From assembly GCA_030390025.1 (NCBI GenBank), contig CM059425.1, positions 176,702,001 through 176,766,000 on the forward strand: a stretch of 64,000 nt of DNA. Direction: 5' to 3'. Positions 25,771 to 38,539 of the stretch are shown in pieces. The DNA comes from Squalus acanthias (taxonomy: Eukaryota). A program made the position numbers and the translations under genes. The notes beneath the pieces are model-generated. The model did no database searches and was not told where the DNA came from. It saw only the letters and a list, made by a program, of their open reading frames with translations. Within the stretch, counting starts at the first letter, position 1. Every line of letters begins with the position of its first letter.

Positions 25771-27645
25771 GGGATGGACAGGAATTTTATATCAGACTTT
25801 GCAGGGAAAGCATTGTGTCCCAAGAATTAGAAAAAAAACCTTTGAACTACAATTTAAGTTAAGCTGGTGTGTAAAAACTGAGAAGAACAACAAAAAAGTT
25901 TGTTTAACAAAAGATTAAGTTTCGGTCTAAGATTTAACCTTGGAGTCGCAGTTGCTATGGTGAAATCTTCCAAAGCACTTTGATTTGATTTGCTTAAATG
26001 TGAAAAACTAATTTTTCTCCAGCTATATTCAATGTTTTTACAGTATTTTGCAAAGACATCTGAAGAAAGGACAATAAAAAATAAGATGTAATTTATGGTT
26101 TTCTACAAGCATGTACTAGTTTGTTTTGTTTTATCTGTTCTGTTCGTGTTCAGTTAAAGTGTGAAAACACAACTGTCTTTTTCGATCGGGAAAGTTTTTT
26201 TTTAATTTACGTAAAGTGACGCAATTGCGTGCGCCTGACAATGTTTCGCTCCACCTTCTTAAAGACCTGCAAAGGAGTTAACCCTTTCCACTGACAGCTG
26301 ATTAAGTTCACCGAGCAACAACTTTAGTATGAAATTTAAAGATATTGGACATTATTAATTTTAAGTTAATATTTCCCCACAGTGACAGAAGGAAAATTAT
26401 GATTTGATAAATTAACCCCTTGAGCTCTAAGCAGAGCCACAATGGATTCTCTCCTTTCTATTATGTGGAAGTCACCTTGTAAACTAATTGCAGCACTTCT
26501 GTCTCTAATGTTAAAACACTGTATAAGCCACCTAGCCTGGTAATCACTTGTTTCTGAAATTGGAAATGGAAGATAAATTGATAGAAATGAAATTGAACAT
26601 TGACAAAACCTATCAGTTCAACAGTACTGCTGTTTGGATTTTGGGATAATGTTGTAATAACAAAATAGACTCAGGCACTATATATATATTGGGTTACTTT
26701 TGGGAAAATAAAAGATCCTCTAAAATAATGATAAATAAAAAGTGTTAATAACTTGGACCAAGTGAGAATGTTTGATCTATGTTTTCAATCTTAAATATTG
26801 TACTGGACAGTAAAGTTTCTCCAGGGCTCATGAATGAGATATGAATGGTAATTAATGGGATGTGCAAAATGGAGAGAGGACGTGATTGAAGGTGTAAGAT
26901 TGAAACAGGAGAATTACACTGCTGAATGGGAATTTTAAAAACTTTCTGGTGAAAGTCAGGAAAGTGTAGCTAAGAATAATAAATTGATAGCTTTCTCTTG
27001 GAGACATTTGTGTCCCTGCCTATAATGAACTTTTAAGAAAACTGAATATGATAGCCTGGCCACTATCCAAGACATCGGGACCATACAGAGGAAGATGAAC
27101 AAAGCCAATCTTTTGATAAGATACCTGAAAGCCCGAGAAAGGCACATGTGGCATGATATTGAGATACCGGTATGAGTGTGCAAATGTGATTTGTTACGTA
27201 TGAAGCAATTACCATCTGGGAATGTATGGTGAATCTGCACTGAAGAACGGGTCTCAGACATGCTCAGTTACTTGACAACAGCAAGACATGAAATGGTTAA
27301 TGTGGCTCAGGAGAGCGAGACAACCTTTAAAGCATTGACACATACTCCATCGAGAAACTATCTAATTAATGAAATAATCAGAATAGAGTTAAATACACTG
27401 GTACCTGTTAGAGGGATTGAAATTGAAGTTGAAGTGGAGAGTTACCTGGAATCTGGATTGGGACAATTGAGGGCTAAGGAGAAATCATGTTTAGTAAGAA
27501 CTATCCACAATATGGATACAAGTAAAAGAGCGGTCTGGAGAATCTTTTAAGTCCATGATTTGTTGATTAGATGTTAAACTGTAATGTCGCTTGAAATGAT
27601 TGTAAGACTGAATTTAACTGTGACTGTAATAATTGTGTTTTGTAG

Positions 27646-28160
27646 GTAACAGAGCGTGGGAAAAAATCAGTGCGAATCCAGTATGAGGTGGTTTTGGTGG
27701 TGCCTCCTGTGTCACTACTACCGCAACTACCATGCTTTACGGGTCTAACAGGACCTGTCCCATTAACCAACACATTTTACATAATATCGAAACCTATGCT
27801 CAAGTGAAACTGACAGTAAATGAGGTACTTAAGTATGAGCTGCACAATTATGTGGCACAATTCGGATATGACATTCCCCTGTTGTCTAAGGTTATCAGTG
27901 AGCTCATGATGCGACTGAACTCCTCCCTAAAGCATTTTTATGTTCTGAAGGAAGACAACTCGAGAATAGATATTGAAATTGACAGCATGGGGACAACTCA
28001 CACTGGTGGGATAATTGGGCTTAATATATCAGCACACACTTAGATTTGTATTATTTCACACGCTCTGGTAGTTCTCCAACTTGTAATGATAGTGTATTTG
28101 ATATATGTAACCTATGTAGTAAGATACACAAGCCAATTGGGTACTCATGCCCATGACTAA
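27646..28160 (+). pseudogene. Decayed C-terminal part of a second envelope-like membrane protein
   Basis: Frame of ORF 27732 extended through stops gives GASCVTTTAT...CP, a helical region, WWDNW in an adjacent frame (28004-28018), then the hydrophobic anchor IISHALVVLQLVMIVYLIYVTYVV. Confidence 0.5.
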
Positions 28161-28712
28161 CCAGCACTAACAAATTGAGCACACCGAAAGAGAAGATCCG
28201 AAGCAATGTAGAGGAGACCCCAGGCGGGGTAACATCAGGAAAGATAGAAGAAACAGAGGATACCCCAGGCGGGGCAGAATTGGAACACCGGAACAGTGAA
28301 TTGAATTTGAGTAAGGGGTCAGAGGTTGCTCCTCCCCCTCAAAGGAATGGACTGTAAGGAAGGGAGAAATCTTCAAGACTCCCTACTAACTAATGTCCAA
28401 GTTGAGAGAGCAATAAGAACTAGCTAGATTAGTCAAGAGCCGATTGTGAGAGGTCAATAAGGGTTATTTCCTTCTCAAAGAAGGGAATTGTAAGAAATAG
28501 CTGTTAGATTCAAAGATGGGTTTTAATTCTTAGAACAGAAACTGACAACATGCAGCCAGAAATAGATAGCAGAAATGCCAGCAAGGTTGAATATCAAGCA
28601 TCAAAAGACAAATAGAAGTGATAAGGGAATCGTAAAATGCAAAACAACACAGGGTGGGGGATAATAGAAAAAAAGATCAGTGTCGAAAAATTAAATTTTG
28701 AAGACTTACACA

Positions 28713-30089
28713 ATGAAGCTGTTACTTATATTTTGCATATTAATCGGACTGATATGCATGGCGTGCCAAAGAGGTGGGGAAGGATCCCGGAAGAAACGAG
28801 AATTACACGTTAACACTTTCTTGTACATGTCTTACGAGCATGCTAAAATTAGTGGTAGATCTAGTTGTTGGGTCTGTGCCCATATACCTATTCACACCAC
28901 GGGAGGGATCCCCCTCAGATCAATTCCCTTTAATACTTCCGAAACAGCAGAATGGGTAATAAGAAGAAACAGTTCAAGGGACCCGGATAAGACCTCAGAT
29001 GTAGAACAGTGGAGATCAGCAGGGTATAACCTAACCACCTTTCAGGGGTGGTATCAGCCCAATTATAATCATACTCGAACACCCCCATTTCTTGTATTAA
29101 CTAATACCTCAGGAGTCGGTAGGCCACAAGGGGCATTATGTTTTAAAAAGCAGGCTGCAGTAAGCAGGATGCAAGATGAAAAGAAAGTCGGAGAGAGTTC
29201 CTGTAATCAAACAGTCATGTGGCAACCACCAATTCCTGGCCTGCTTGAGCAGGGATTTTTTCAGTTTGACTGGACTAAAGTAAATAATAAAACCAGTAGG
29301 TCCCACTGGACAGGCGGCCCTATCCGAATATGGATGGGAGGAGAGGGTAACTTGTCGGTCTATAATTGCACCTATTTTATATGCGGGAACAAGGCTTATC
29401 CATGGTTGCCATATAACTGGACAGGGTCCTGCTATTTGGGTTATGTAGTACCTTAAATCCACATTTTAGACAATAGAGGAGAACATTATGAATTCCAAAG
29501 AAGTAAAAGAGAGATAGCAACTTATGGAAGAGTCTCTGGAGTATTAATAGCCCCATACGGAATAGGGAAATTAATGGGAGAAGTAACCGAGCTAGCAGAT
29601 CTGATAGAAAAAGTGGCAAATGAAACTGAGGAAGGATTGTCCGAAATGAGTGCTGAAATGTTAGCTATAAGAGTAATGACATTGCAGAATCGAATGGCAT
29701 TAGATTATCTGTTGGCAAATAAAGTAGTAACTTGTGCTTTGATAGGGAGTGAATGTTGTACCTATATCCCAGACAGTTCAGAAAATATAACTAACATAGT
29801 TAAACACATAAGAGATGCAGTGAGTCAGTATAAGAATCCAAAGAGCCAAGGATGGTTTGACTGGATACTGGGAGGATGGCTGGGATCAATGGGACAAATA
29901 TTATTGTATGGATTAGTAGTAATGGTAGCAGTAATTCTGTTTGTCACAATGATTAAATGCTGTTGTAATAGGCTAGGTAAGGCAGTTATACCTGGAGGAA
30001 GTATGATAGTACAGAGGGAAATAAATGAAGAAGAGAAGGACAGTCCCCTAGGGGAAGAGCTAAGGCGATTGGGTAAGATAAATATTTAA
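28713..30089 (+). pseudogene. env: Gamma/epsilon-type envelope glycoprotein with a single in-frame stop at 29454-29456
   Basis: Signal peptide, CWVC, furin site RSKR (29499-29510), fusion peptide, ISD LQNRMALDYLLA, CX6CC and TM anchor; ORFs 28698-29456 and 29574-30089 share one frame. Confidence 0.93.
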
Positions 30090-30346
30090 GGATTAGATGA
30101 CCAAGATGATGCCAGTTACAGTGGCCAAAATTAAAACTGGACAAATTAGAATTGAAAGAATTACATGCCCAACCCTAAGGATAGACAGAAAGGAGAGACG
30201 ATCTTAAATAAGGTCAGCCATCAATACAGGTATAATCCCGAGGATGGTTAAAACAGAAAAGAAGTTGGCATCCCTGGCCAAAATCCAAATTTGGTACAGG
30301 AACCGACAGGAGAGACCGAAAGGGTTAAATTGAGCTATTTTGTCCT

Positions 30347-30367
30347 AGAAGGACAAAAAGGGGGGAA
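30347..30367 (+). promoter_or_regulatory. Polypurine tract
   Basis: AGAAGGACAAAAAGGGGGGAA directly before the 3' LTR. Confidence 0.9.
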
Positions 30368-30897
30368 TGTGGAAGTGCAGTTTTTGTCTCGGACAAAATG
30401 GCTTCCTTGAGACAAACAAAAATACAAAATGGCCGACTCTGACTTGCTTGGAAAGCAAGAATCCGCTGTTATGTTTCTCATGAAGATGAATTTAAACTTG
30501 CAGACTATGTTGTTTTGCATTGTACAGAACATAACAGGCTTCTTCTAATCAACTTGAGATAACCAAGGGCTAGTGAAGTAAACAGCCAGGTGCCTTGGCC
30601 TTGGTAGAAGGAGAAGAACAGATAGATAGACTCCATTTTGTAGAGATTAGCTAGTCTCATTGTAAGGCATTTCTTATGTTTTTTTAACTCGTAACTTAGC
30701 TTACCTTAAACAACATGTCATGTGATATGGGAAGCTTGTGTTTTCAGTGTATAAGATCTTCCATTTTCTGTGATTCTTCAGTCTGTCGTCGTAGCTATTT
30801 GGCTATGGTTGCACTCTCCTTGAAAGTAAAGTAAATAATAAAGCCTTCTTTGACAATATTGTTTAAAGAGTCTTACTCGGAAGTCGAAACTTCGACA
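30368..30897 (+). repeat. 3' LTR (530 bp)
   Basis: Differs from the 5' LTR by six substitutions and a 10-bp indel by my count; AATAAA at 30837-30842. Confidence 0.96.
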
Positions 30898-31449
30898 GGT
30901 GTCACAGCAGTCTAGCAATCTGTCTTCCCAACAGATTACTAGGAATGCTGAGGTGACACCCCAGGGGAGTGGCAGTGGATTGTGGAGCACGAACCTGCTG
31001 TCCTCTCTCAGGATGACAGCATTCATACTCCCACCACTGCCACTCCACCAGTGCCCAGGCTGCTGCCGCCCATGCCAAGGTGGTGCAGCCCACAGCCAGG
31101 CCTTCTAGGGCCTGAGCTGCTCAAGGTCATCCTGCAAGGCCATCTGCAGTCTCCCCCACTGAAAGTCAGCAGCCTTCCACCAGCCATGCTGCAGCTACTG
31201 GGGTAGCACTTCATAGGAGCACTAAGACAGGCAAAGGCACACTGAAGACAGGCACTATGGGAATACACAAGGGTGATTAGTTGACTTTGTTGTGCAATAT
31301 TGGCTGCATTGTTGTATAAAGTTGGATTGGAATGTTTCTTTTGTAGTCACTTTTATTGCAGCATTGTGGCCAAGAGGGCACTATGATTGTCAGTAACAGA
31401 GGAAAGGTAAGATGTGGGACTATTGTTGAATGGGGAATTGGGCTTGCAT

Positions 31450-32836
31450 TCACTGGTACCACAGTCGGATGAGTCGATCATGGACAGCACGGGCAGAAAG
31501 CGGCTGACTGGCTTGCCTCCTTCCTTCCGCTTCCTCCTCTTCTGCTTCCTCCTCTTCTGATACTTCCTCCTCCTCTTCCTCCTCCTCTTCCTCCTCCTCT
31601 TCCTTCTCCTCCTCCTCAGCTGATCATTGTATGCCTGATGGCAAGGGCTGTGGCCTCATGGTGGCGTCGTTGTGGGGCATGCAGCACACCATGACGAATC
31701 TTGAGACACGCTCTGGTGAGTATTGCAGGGCTCCTCCAGAGCGGTCCAGGCAGTGGAATAGCTGTTTAAGGACGCCAATGGTCTGCTCTCTCAGATTCCA
31801 TGTGGCAGCATGGCTTTCATTATATGCATGCTGCCCACGTGTGCGTGGGTTGAGCAGCGTAGTCATAAGCCAGGTGGTTAGCGGATAGACTTTGTCGCCC
31901 AATAGCCATCCTCTGGTTTGTCATGGTGGCTCAAAGACTTTGGGAACAGCGGACTGACAAAATAAAAGCAATCATGACTGCTGCCAGAATACTGGGCATT
32001 CACCATTATGATGTGCTGAACATGGTCGCACACCAACTGCACATTCAGTGATTGGAAACCTTTACGGTTGCGGTAAATCTCAGCATTTAGATGCGGCGCC
32101 TGCAAAGCCACGTGCGTGCAGTCAATGGCGCCCTGCACCATGGGGAAGCTCATTATCCTGGCAAAGCCACGTGTACACTCTGCCTGCTTCTCTCTGGTCA
32201 GAGAGAAAACAATGAACTCCCCTTTCCTAGCATAAAGAGCGTTTGTCACCTCCCTTATGCAGCAGTGGACGGCGAACTGGAAGATGTTACAGATGTCGCC
32301 TGCTCCAGCCTGGAAGAATCACGACCAATGTTCCCTCTAAATTGTCTTTGTTGTGTGCGGCCTGTTTGTTTTAATGCGCTGTCCCTTTAAATTTCTGCGC
32401 ATGTGTGGTATTTCAAATGGAAAAGCTTCAGAGCGGCCTGTGCAGTACCTTGCAGATTACTGCGCAGCCATGCATGCAGGCAGCTTAGCGGGAACATTGA
32501 TCCCGACTCGAAGAAATTCAGGACCACGGTCACCTTCACAGCCACTGGCATCGCTGTCCTTCCCCTGGTGTGAGGCTGCAGGTCTAGTTGCAAGAGGTGG
32601 CAGAGTTCTATGAGCACCTCCTTTGTAAAGCACAGATGCTTCATACACTGCTCCTGGCTCAGGCTGAGGTAAGAGAATTGCTCTCAGAAGACCCTAGGTG
32701 GGTAAGGCCTTCTGCTGAGAGCCCTTCTTCCCCTCCTCCTCCTCACTCTGCGAGCAGCTTGTCCTCTTCTTCGCTGTCTCTTTTCCATCTCCCTGTCATG
32801 CTCCAGGCCAAGGGGGATGACAACTAGAGCACCCAT
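31450..32836 (-). pseudogene. Harbinger B transposase, degenerate
   Basis: Starts [33 protein letters not shown] and EQTIGVLKQ motifs; poly-Glu tail (GAG/GAA run 31520-31620); frameshifts. Confidence 0.9.
32326..32499. mobile_element. hAT-type MITE (174 bp) in the Harbinger B transposase
   Basis: TIRs CAATGTTCCCTCTAA and TTAGCGGGAACATTG; 8-bp TSD ATCACGAC/ATCCCGAC. Confidence 0.85.
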
Positions 32837-35169
32837 GGCTGGGAGCAAGTGGTCTGACCAGAAGCCTTGAAGTCAGAAGCAAGGCCTTCTCCACTTGCAG
32901 CACCACTCCCTGTCACCTCACCAACTTTAAACAACTCTAGAAAGCTCCAATCACTTCCACAAAGTTATGCAGAAATTAATTAGCAACTAACCAGAGAGTG
33001 TTTGCTGATCCCTTTAAATATCGTTGGTGGGGGTTCCTTGTTGCTGCTGAACACATGTTCAGCTGTGGGAGGTTAAGACAAGGCATTAGCTCCAGCATTG
33101 TGGACGAAAATGGCAACGCTGCCGTCAAATCAGCATTGCACGCTGATTGACATCACAATCTGCCCACTCAACCTATTTTCGGCACACGCTCCTAATGCTG
33201 TCCTGCCCTCACCAAGATGGCGTCCGGCGCAGCTCACACCGGAAGTGTGCGCGCGCGGACGCCATTTTTGTCACTAAACAGCACCCATAGTGTTGAAAAA
33301 TCGGGTGTTACAGAGCCGGATTTCTAGCCCTATTTGTTTGCAGAGTTTGGAGAGGATCATATTAGACTGATAATGGCAGTTAGCTGACCATCTGCTCACT
33401 TATGATATTAAGTCAGGGTTCAGCCTTTGTTAATTGCTGACGATATGGGGTGAAATTTAACTTCAACAAGAACGCAAATGGACAGTAGCGAATCAGCTGT
33501 CCATAATACACTCAGCTCCATTTTTCTTTCCATTGAAGTCACTAGAAAGGAAAATTGGGAAGTTGTATAACAAGCAGCTGATTCACTATCCAAAGATTTC
33601 ACCGTCTTTGTTTGTTACTTAGCAAGATGTTGCCTCATTCCCATTAATGTGGTGCATTATATAGCAGGGGTGAATAGTTAACTGAATTTAGGCTTATGTT
33701 TTCATCTGTGTGTAAAGTTAAAAGAATTGTTTGACTAAAGTGTCAAAATGATAGCTTACCAAAATCTGCAAAATGCACCCACCCAGGACCCCCAAGGCTG
33801 GCTTCTCCAAAGTTTGCAGGGACAGGGGGAGGTTTCGTAATTTAAATAACCCAGGTGGGTGCCAGCATTTTAAGTGCCTGCCTACAGAAAGGGACTGACA
33901 ATTCCCGGGGGAAGCTGCTCTCCCCCCTTCCCCCCAGAAAGAAAGAAAAGGTGCCTTTTTTCATGGGGTTAAAAAAAAATTCTAATTCTTCTTTTCAGAG
34001 GTCCAGACCGCAACCCAGGCCAGGCAGCGAGAGGCGAGAGAGACTGGGCATGTTAAAAATAGCATTGACTGGGAGCCTGACAAAACCTTGAACAGTGCAG
34101 GGGGATTCTGGTTGTAGTTACAGGGTGAGTATCAGCATGTTATAGGTTTACAGGCAGGATATTGAGGCATTAGACATATTAATACCAATTACATATTGAC
34201 TATCAGTGAGTTATTGTATTACTGTTTATTATTAAGAGAATCTGAGTGTTACCAGTATTAGTATTAGTTTTTGGTGCAATTTCAGTGAGTACTATTAGTA
34301 ACAGGTGAAATCAAAGTTCATCCCATCTCTGGTTTCTCCCCTGTAAATCCCTCCCCACCCTCTGTTTCCCCTCTTCCCCTCCTCCCATCATCTCCCTCAC
34401 CCATTGGTGTCTCCTCTTCCCCTTATATATTCCCCTCCCTTGGTTTCTCCTCCCTACTTCAATGCAATAATCATTTTATCCTCCTTTCCTTTCTTTTCCC
34501 TTCACCCCCCTACCCACTCTGTGTTTATCCCCTATCCCCTCCCCACCTGGCTCTTTGACCCCCCCCCCCCCACCACCTTGTATCTTACCCAGGTGCTCAT
34601 TATCCCTGTGTGAGCTTCACCAGGCTATTCACCTTGTAAAACATAACAATTGACCTTAACCCAGTCCTCACCCAACATCTACTGACGCTTTCCAGCAGAG
34701 TGTCACTGGATAGTGATAATGAGCATGAATCCTGGCTAATGTTCTCGCTCTCTATCCCAGGTCAGTAAGTAAGGATCAGGGTTGCCAACCCTCCCAGATT
34801 GTCTGGAAGTCTGAAACAGGAAGCGCATGCTCATTATGAGAAATGCGTTGCCCGCCATATTGGTATAGGCAAAAAAAAGGTGAAAAGGGCCTGTGCCTGA
34901 AACAGGTGTTCGGTCCTATGTATATACAAATAAGGAGCCTAATGCCTGTTTTTGGCTCCCTCTGCAATATTGGGTTGCCCTGAAGCAGCCAGCACAGGTT
35001 GCATTCAAGAAAACATGGTCATTGATGTCAATGGGAATGAAAATCGGGAGAGATGTACAACAGGCTGTCGATTTGCTATCACCCATTTTACACTATAGCC
35101 CAAAGTCAAAAATATCCCCAATATGTTTGAGAACTGACAAACGAATAGGCCATACTAGAAGTAGTGATG

Positions 35170-35560
35170 AGTTATGAACCAAAATTAGTTAGCAATCTGA
35201 CGGTAAGGGAACATCTTAGGAATAGCAAATAATATGATTGAATTTGTTATTAAGTTTCAGAAGGAGAAGGGAGGGTCACAAACCAAGTTTTTAAATTAAA
35301 TTATGGAAAATTTCAAAGGGATAAGAAATGAATTGACCATAGTAAACTGGGCTGAACTGTTACTGGGTAAACCTGTGGATGCTGGGTCAATTGAAATTTT
35401 AAAGAATGAGATCGATAGATTTTTGTTGGGTAAGGTTATCAAGGCATATGGAGAAAAGGCAGATAAATGGAGTTAATATACAGATCAGCCATGACCTCAT
35501 TGAATGGTGGAACAGACTCGAGGGGCTGAGTGGCCTACTCCTGTTCCTATCTTCCTATGC
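35170..35560 (+). mobile_element. Degenerate CR1 fragments with 3' UTR
   Basis: gagatcgatagatttttg...gatcagccatgacctcattgaatgg CR1 3' end. Confidence 0.65.
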
Positions 35561-36626
35561 TCCTGCTGTTTAGGGTGGGCAGAGGCTTCGAAAACTCTGA
35601 GGGAAGCTGGAAGCTGGCATATTTGGGTCTCGGTCTAATTTGCGGTGAATTCCCCCACACTCACACTGAAGTTACAGCAGGAATGTTTCGGAATAGCCAC
35701 AGATTTTTAGCCCTGTTTTATTTAACTTCGCAAATTTTTCTTTTGCTCTATTGTTTGTAATATTTTGATAACAGCCAGACAAACAACTGTTGTTCGTGGC
35801 TGCAGCCACATCGGTAAGTGCTGTTCATTTCTCAAAACTGTATTTAACTTATTTATTTTCCACCTAGCAGTCTGAGGAGAATACAGAGGTCAAACTTCTG
35901 GCAGACTCATATAAAAAGGAGGAGTGTTTGATCCCTTGTGTCTAATAGGAGAGTATCTATCTATTTCTCAAGTGGTCTTGTAGGACAGATGCATCCATTT
36001 TCCTTGGCAGAGTGATTGGCCTGGGGGAAGGTTGAGACTTCTCAATGTTTGTACCCAGTCAGTGTTAGTGTCCAAATGAGTACAACATGTGCCTGCGATC
36101 CCTGTTGATTCTTACAGTCCCACGTGCCAGCGATTTAGATTAGTTTTGGTTTTGACTTCAAAGATAACTGAAACACACTGGCTGTAAAGGCAAAATTGAA
36201 ACCTGAAGACTCATCCTTTCCCATAGCATGATGGGTAATTCAGCTATTAACTTTTGTGATACTGGCTCAGCATCAGTTTAATGACATTTCAAATCACACA
36301 TCAAATAGTGCATAATTAGGTCAGGTCCTTTAGGTCTGAAGGTCTAATGTAACCCTCAATTTCAATTTCCAGCGATTTCTTCTGTTAAATACTGAAAGTC
36401 CCAACTGATTCCAGCAAAAACTCGGTGTCAATTTTCCTCACCTTTGTCCCGGGGAATGCCTATTCCTTGGGCACGAAGGTGCAGAAAGGGCGGAAATTCG
36501 TTATGCCAGGTCTCTTCACTCTTTGTGCTGCGCTGTGATTTCTGGAGTCTCCCCTGAGGGGCATAGCAGTGCCTGCGTAGGTACAGCCCCAGTGTAGTCA
36601 TTTAAATGCGGGATGGGGGGTGGGGG

Positions 36627-37052
36627 CATTAGGGTTGTATTCCCTTGAATTTAGAAGGTTAAGGGGTGATCTGATCGAAGTTTTCGAGATATTAAGGGGA
36701 ACAGACAGGGTAGATAGAGAGAAACTATTTCCGCTGGTTGGGGATTCTAGGACTAGGGGACATAGTCTAAAAATTAGAGCCAGACCTTTCAGGAGTGAAA
36801 TTAGGAAACACTTCTAAACACAAAGGGTGGTAGAAGTTTGGAACTCTCTTCCACAAACAGCAATTGATGCTAGATCAATTGTTAATTTTAAATCGGAGAT
36901 TGATAGCTTTTTGTTAACCAAAGGTATTAAGGGATATGGGCCAAAGGCAGGTATATGGAGTTAGGTCGCAGATCAGCCATGATCTCATCGAATGGTGGAA
37001 CAGGCTTGAGGGGCTGAATGGCCTACTCCTGTTCCTATGTTCCCATGTTCCT
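36627..37052 (+). mobile_element. CR1 3' fragment
   Basis: [17 protein letters not shown]...RTRGHSLK; tail (GTTCCTAT)n. Confidence 0.9.
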
Positions 37053-37394
37053 ATTCCTGGCCCTCGCACCTTATTTACCAGTGGTTTGGCTGATTAAGTG
37101 CCCATAAGTATAATATTTACACCTTTCTTCTAGAGAGAAAATTTAAAAAGATGACTTTCAAATGAAATTATTTTTAATTTCTGTGCAACTTCTCGATAAG
37201 TTAATTTATTTACTGTTCTTGCTATGATCCACCTACACCAGTTTATAAATTCTTGTACTGGGCAAATATAATTCAACATTAATCCAGCAAGACAAGTACT
37301 GACATTAACTGCCAATACCAAGACTGAAAACCACAGAAAAATCTTATACTATTAAGCTACACACACTTGAGTCTTGAAGTATATTCAATAACAT

Positions 37395-37870
37395 ATTACT
37401 AGAATGCTTCCAGGGATGAGGGATTGCGGTTTCGTAGATAGACGAGAGAAGCTGGGATTGTTCTCCCTGGAGCAGAGAAGGCTAAGAGGATATTTGATAG
37501 AGGTTTTTGAAATCATGAAGAATTTAGATAGAGTAAATGAAGAGAAACTGTTTCCAATGGCTAAAGGGTCAATAACGAGAAAGCACAGATTTAAGGTGAT
37601 TGGCAAAAGAACCAGAGGCAACATGAGGGAAAACTATTTTACACAACGAGTGGTTAGGATTTGGAATGCACTGCCTGATAGGATGGTGGATACAGATTCA
37701 ATAGTAACCTTCAAAAGGGAATTGGATAAATACTTGAAGGAGAAAAAATTGCAGGGCTATGGGGAAAGAGCGGGGGAGTGGGACTAACTGGATTGCTCTT
37801 CGAAAGAGCTGGCACAGATTCAATGGGCTGACTGGCCTCCTTCTGTGCTATACTATTCTATGATTCTATG
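37395..37870 (+). mobile_element. CR1 3' fragment
   Basis: ORF 37404-37787 with LGLFSLEQRRLRG...RVVRIWNALP; ATTCTATG tail. Confidence 0.9.
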
Positions 37871-38539
37871 GATAAAAGCAGCTCCATGTGTGACCAAATG
37901 AGGTCACAGGCCAAGGAGTGCACGTTTTCATAGGGGACATTTTTGCTGATTATACTTGATAAATCCACTGTGTGTCATTTAGATGCACTATTTTTAAGGC
38001 TTCTACTCGTAGAGCAAGGGGTTTTGTAACAGAAAATTGCCAGATCACATTGTTCCCTGAGGAAAGTTAATGTGACTGTGTTCTGAAAAAGCATATCACA
38101 ATACGGTGAACTTGGAAATGTTCTGAGCTTGAGGCTTTATTTGTCATTAAACCGATCCTGTTCTCTCTCACCTTCTCCATTATAAAATAGCAAAATTCAC
38201 ATTCCCAAGGCTTTTATATAATTGACACGGAACCAACTTGATATTAGTATCAGAATCTGAAACCAGTCCAGTTTCCCAGCTTCCTTCCAAAACAATATGA
38301 GGTCAATGCTGTCAAGAACAGAAACAATTTGCAGTTGACCCTTGTATCTCATTCCTGCATTATTATAAAAAGCACTCTAACATAAAATGCAACAGAAACA
38401 TTAAATTACTGCAATTATTCATTGTTTCTACAGCACTGAATATACATATAAGCATAATTATTACATTAAGAAGCATCTAGATTTTAAAACTACAAAACAG
38501 ATGGAATACCAGAGAACTATAGTAATAATGAGAGTCATT

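Larger units (their letters stand above)
23074..30897 (+). mobile_element. Non-autonomous endogenous retrovirus (7.8 kb)
   Basis: Two TG...CA LTRs, 4-bp TSD GCTG/GGTG (one mismatch), PBS, gag-pro remnant, env and PPT; no intact pol. Confidence 0.95.
21567..31280 (+). pseudogene. Degenerate Myb-like gene of Harbinger B, exon 3 split by the ERV
   Basis: FSDAALEALVQEV...WTQCRKKFNDL; donor after 21789, acceptors before 22075 and 22371; VERGLQ|GVTAV reading rejoins across the ERV; AVLSQDDSI motif shared with element A. Confidence 0.8.
21240..33330. mobile_element. PIF/Harbinger transposon B (about 4.1 kb native) carrying a nested ERV and hAT MITE
   Basis: TIRs GGGCTAAAAAT and ATTTCTAGCCC; TSD TAT (21237-21239, 33331-33333); same gene layout as element A. 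Confidence 0.9.

Noticed and set aside
28713..30089. Syncytin-like domesticated fusogen
   Set aside because: It lies in a young provirus, and the stop removes the TM subunit.
34320..34620. Pro-rich ORF
   Set aside because: Low-complexity pyrimidine tract.
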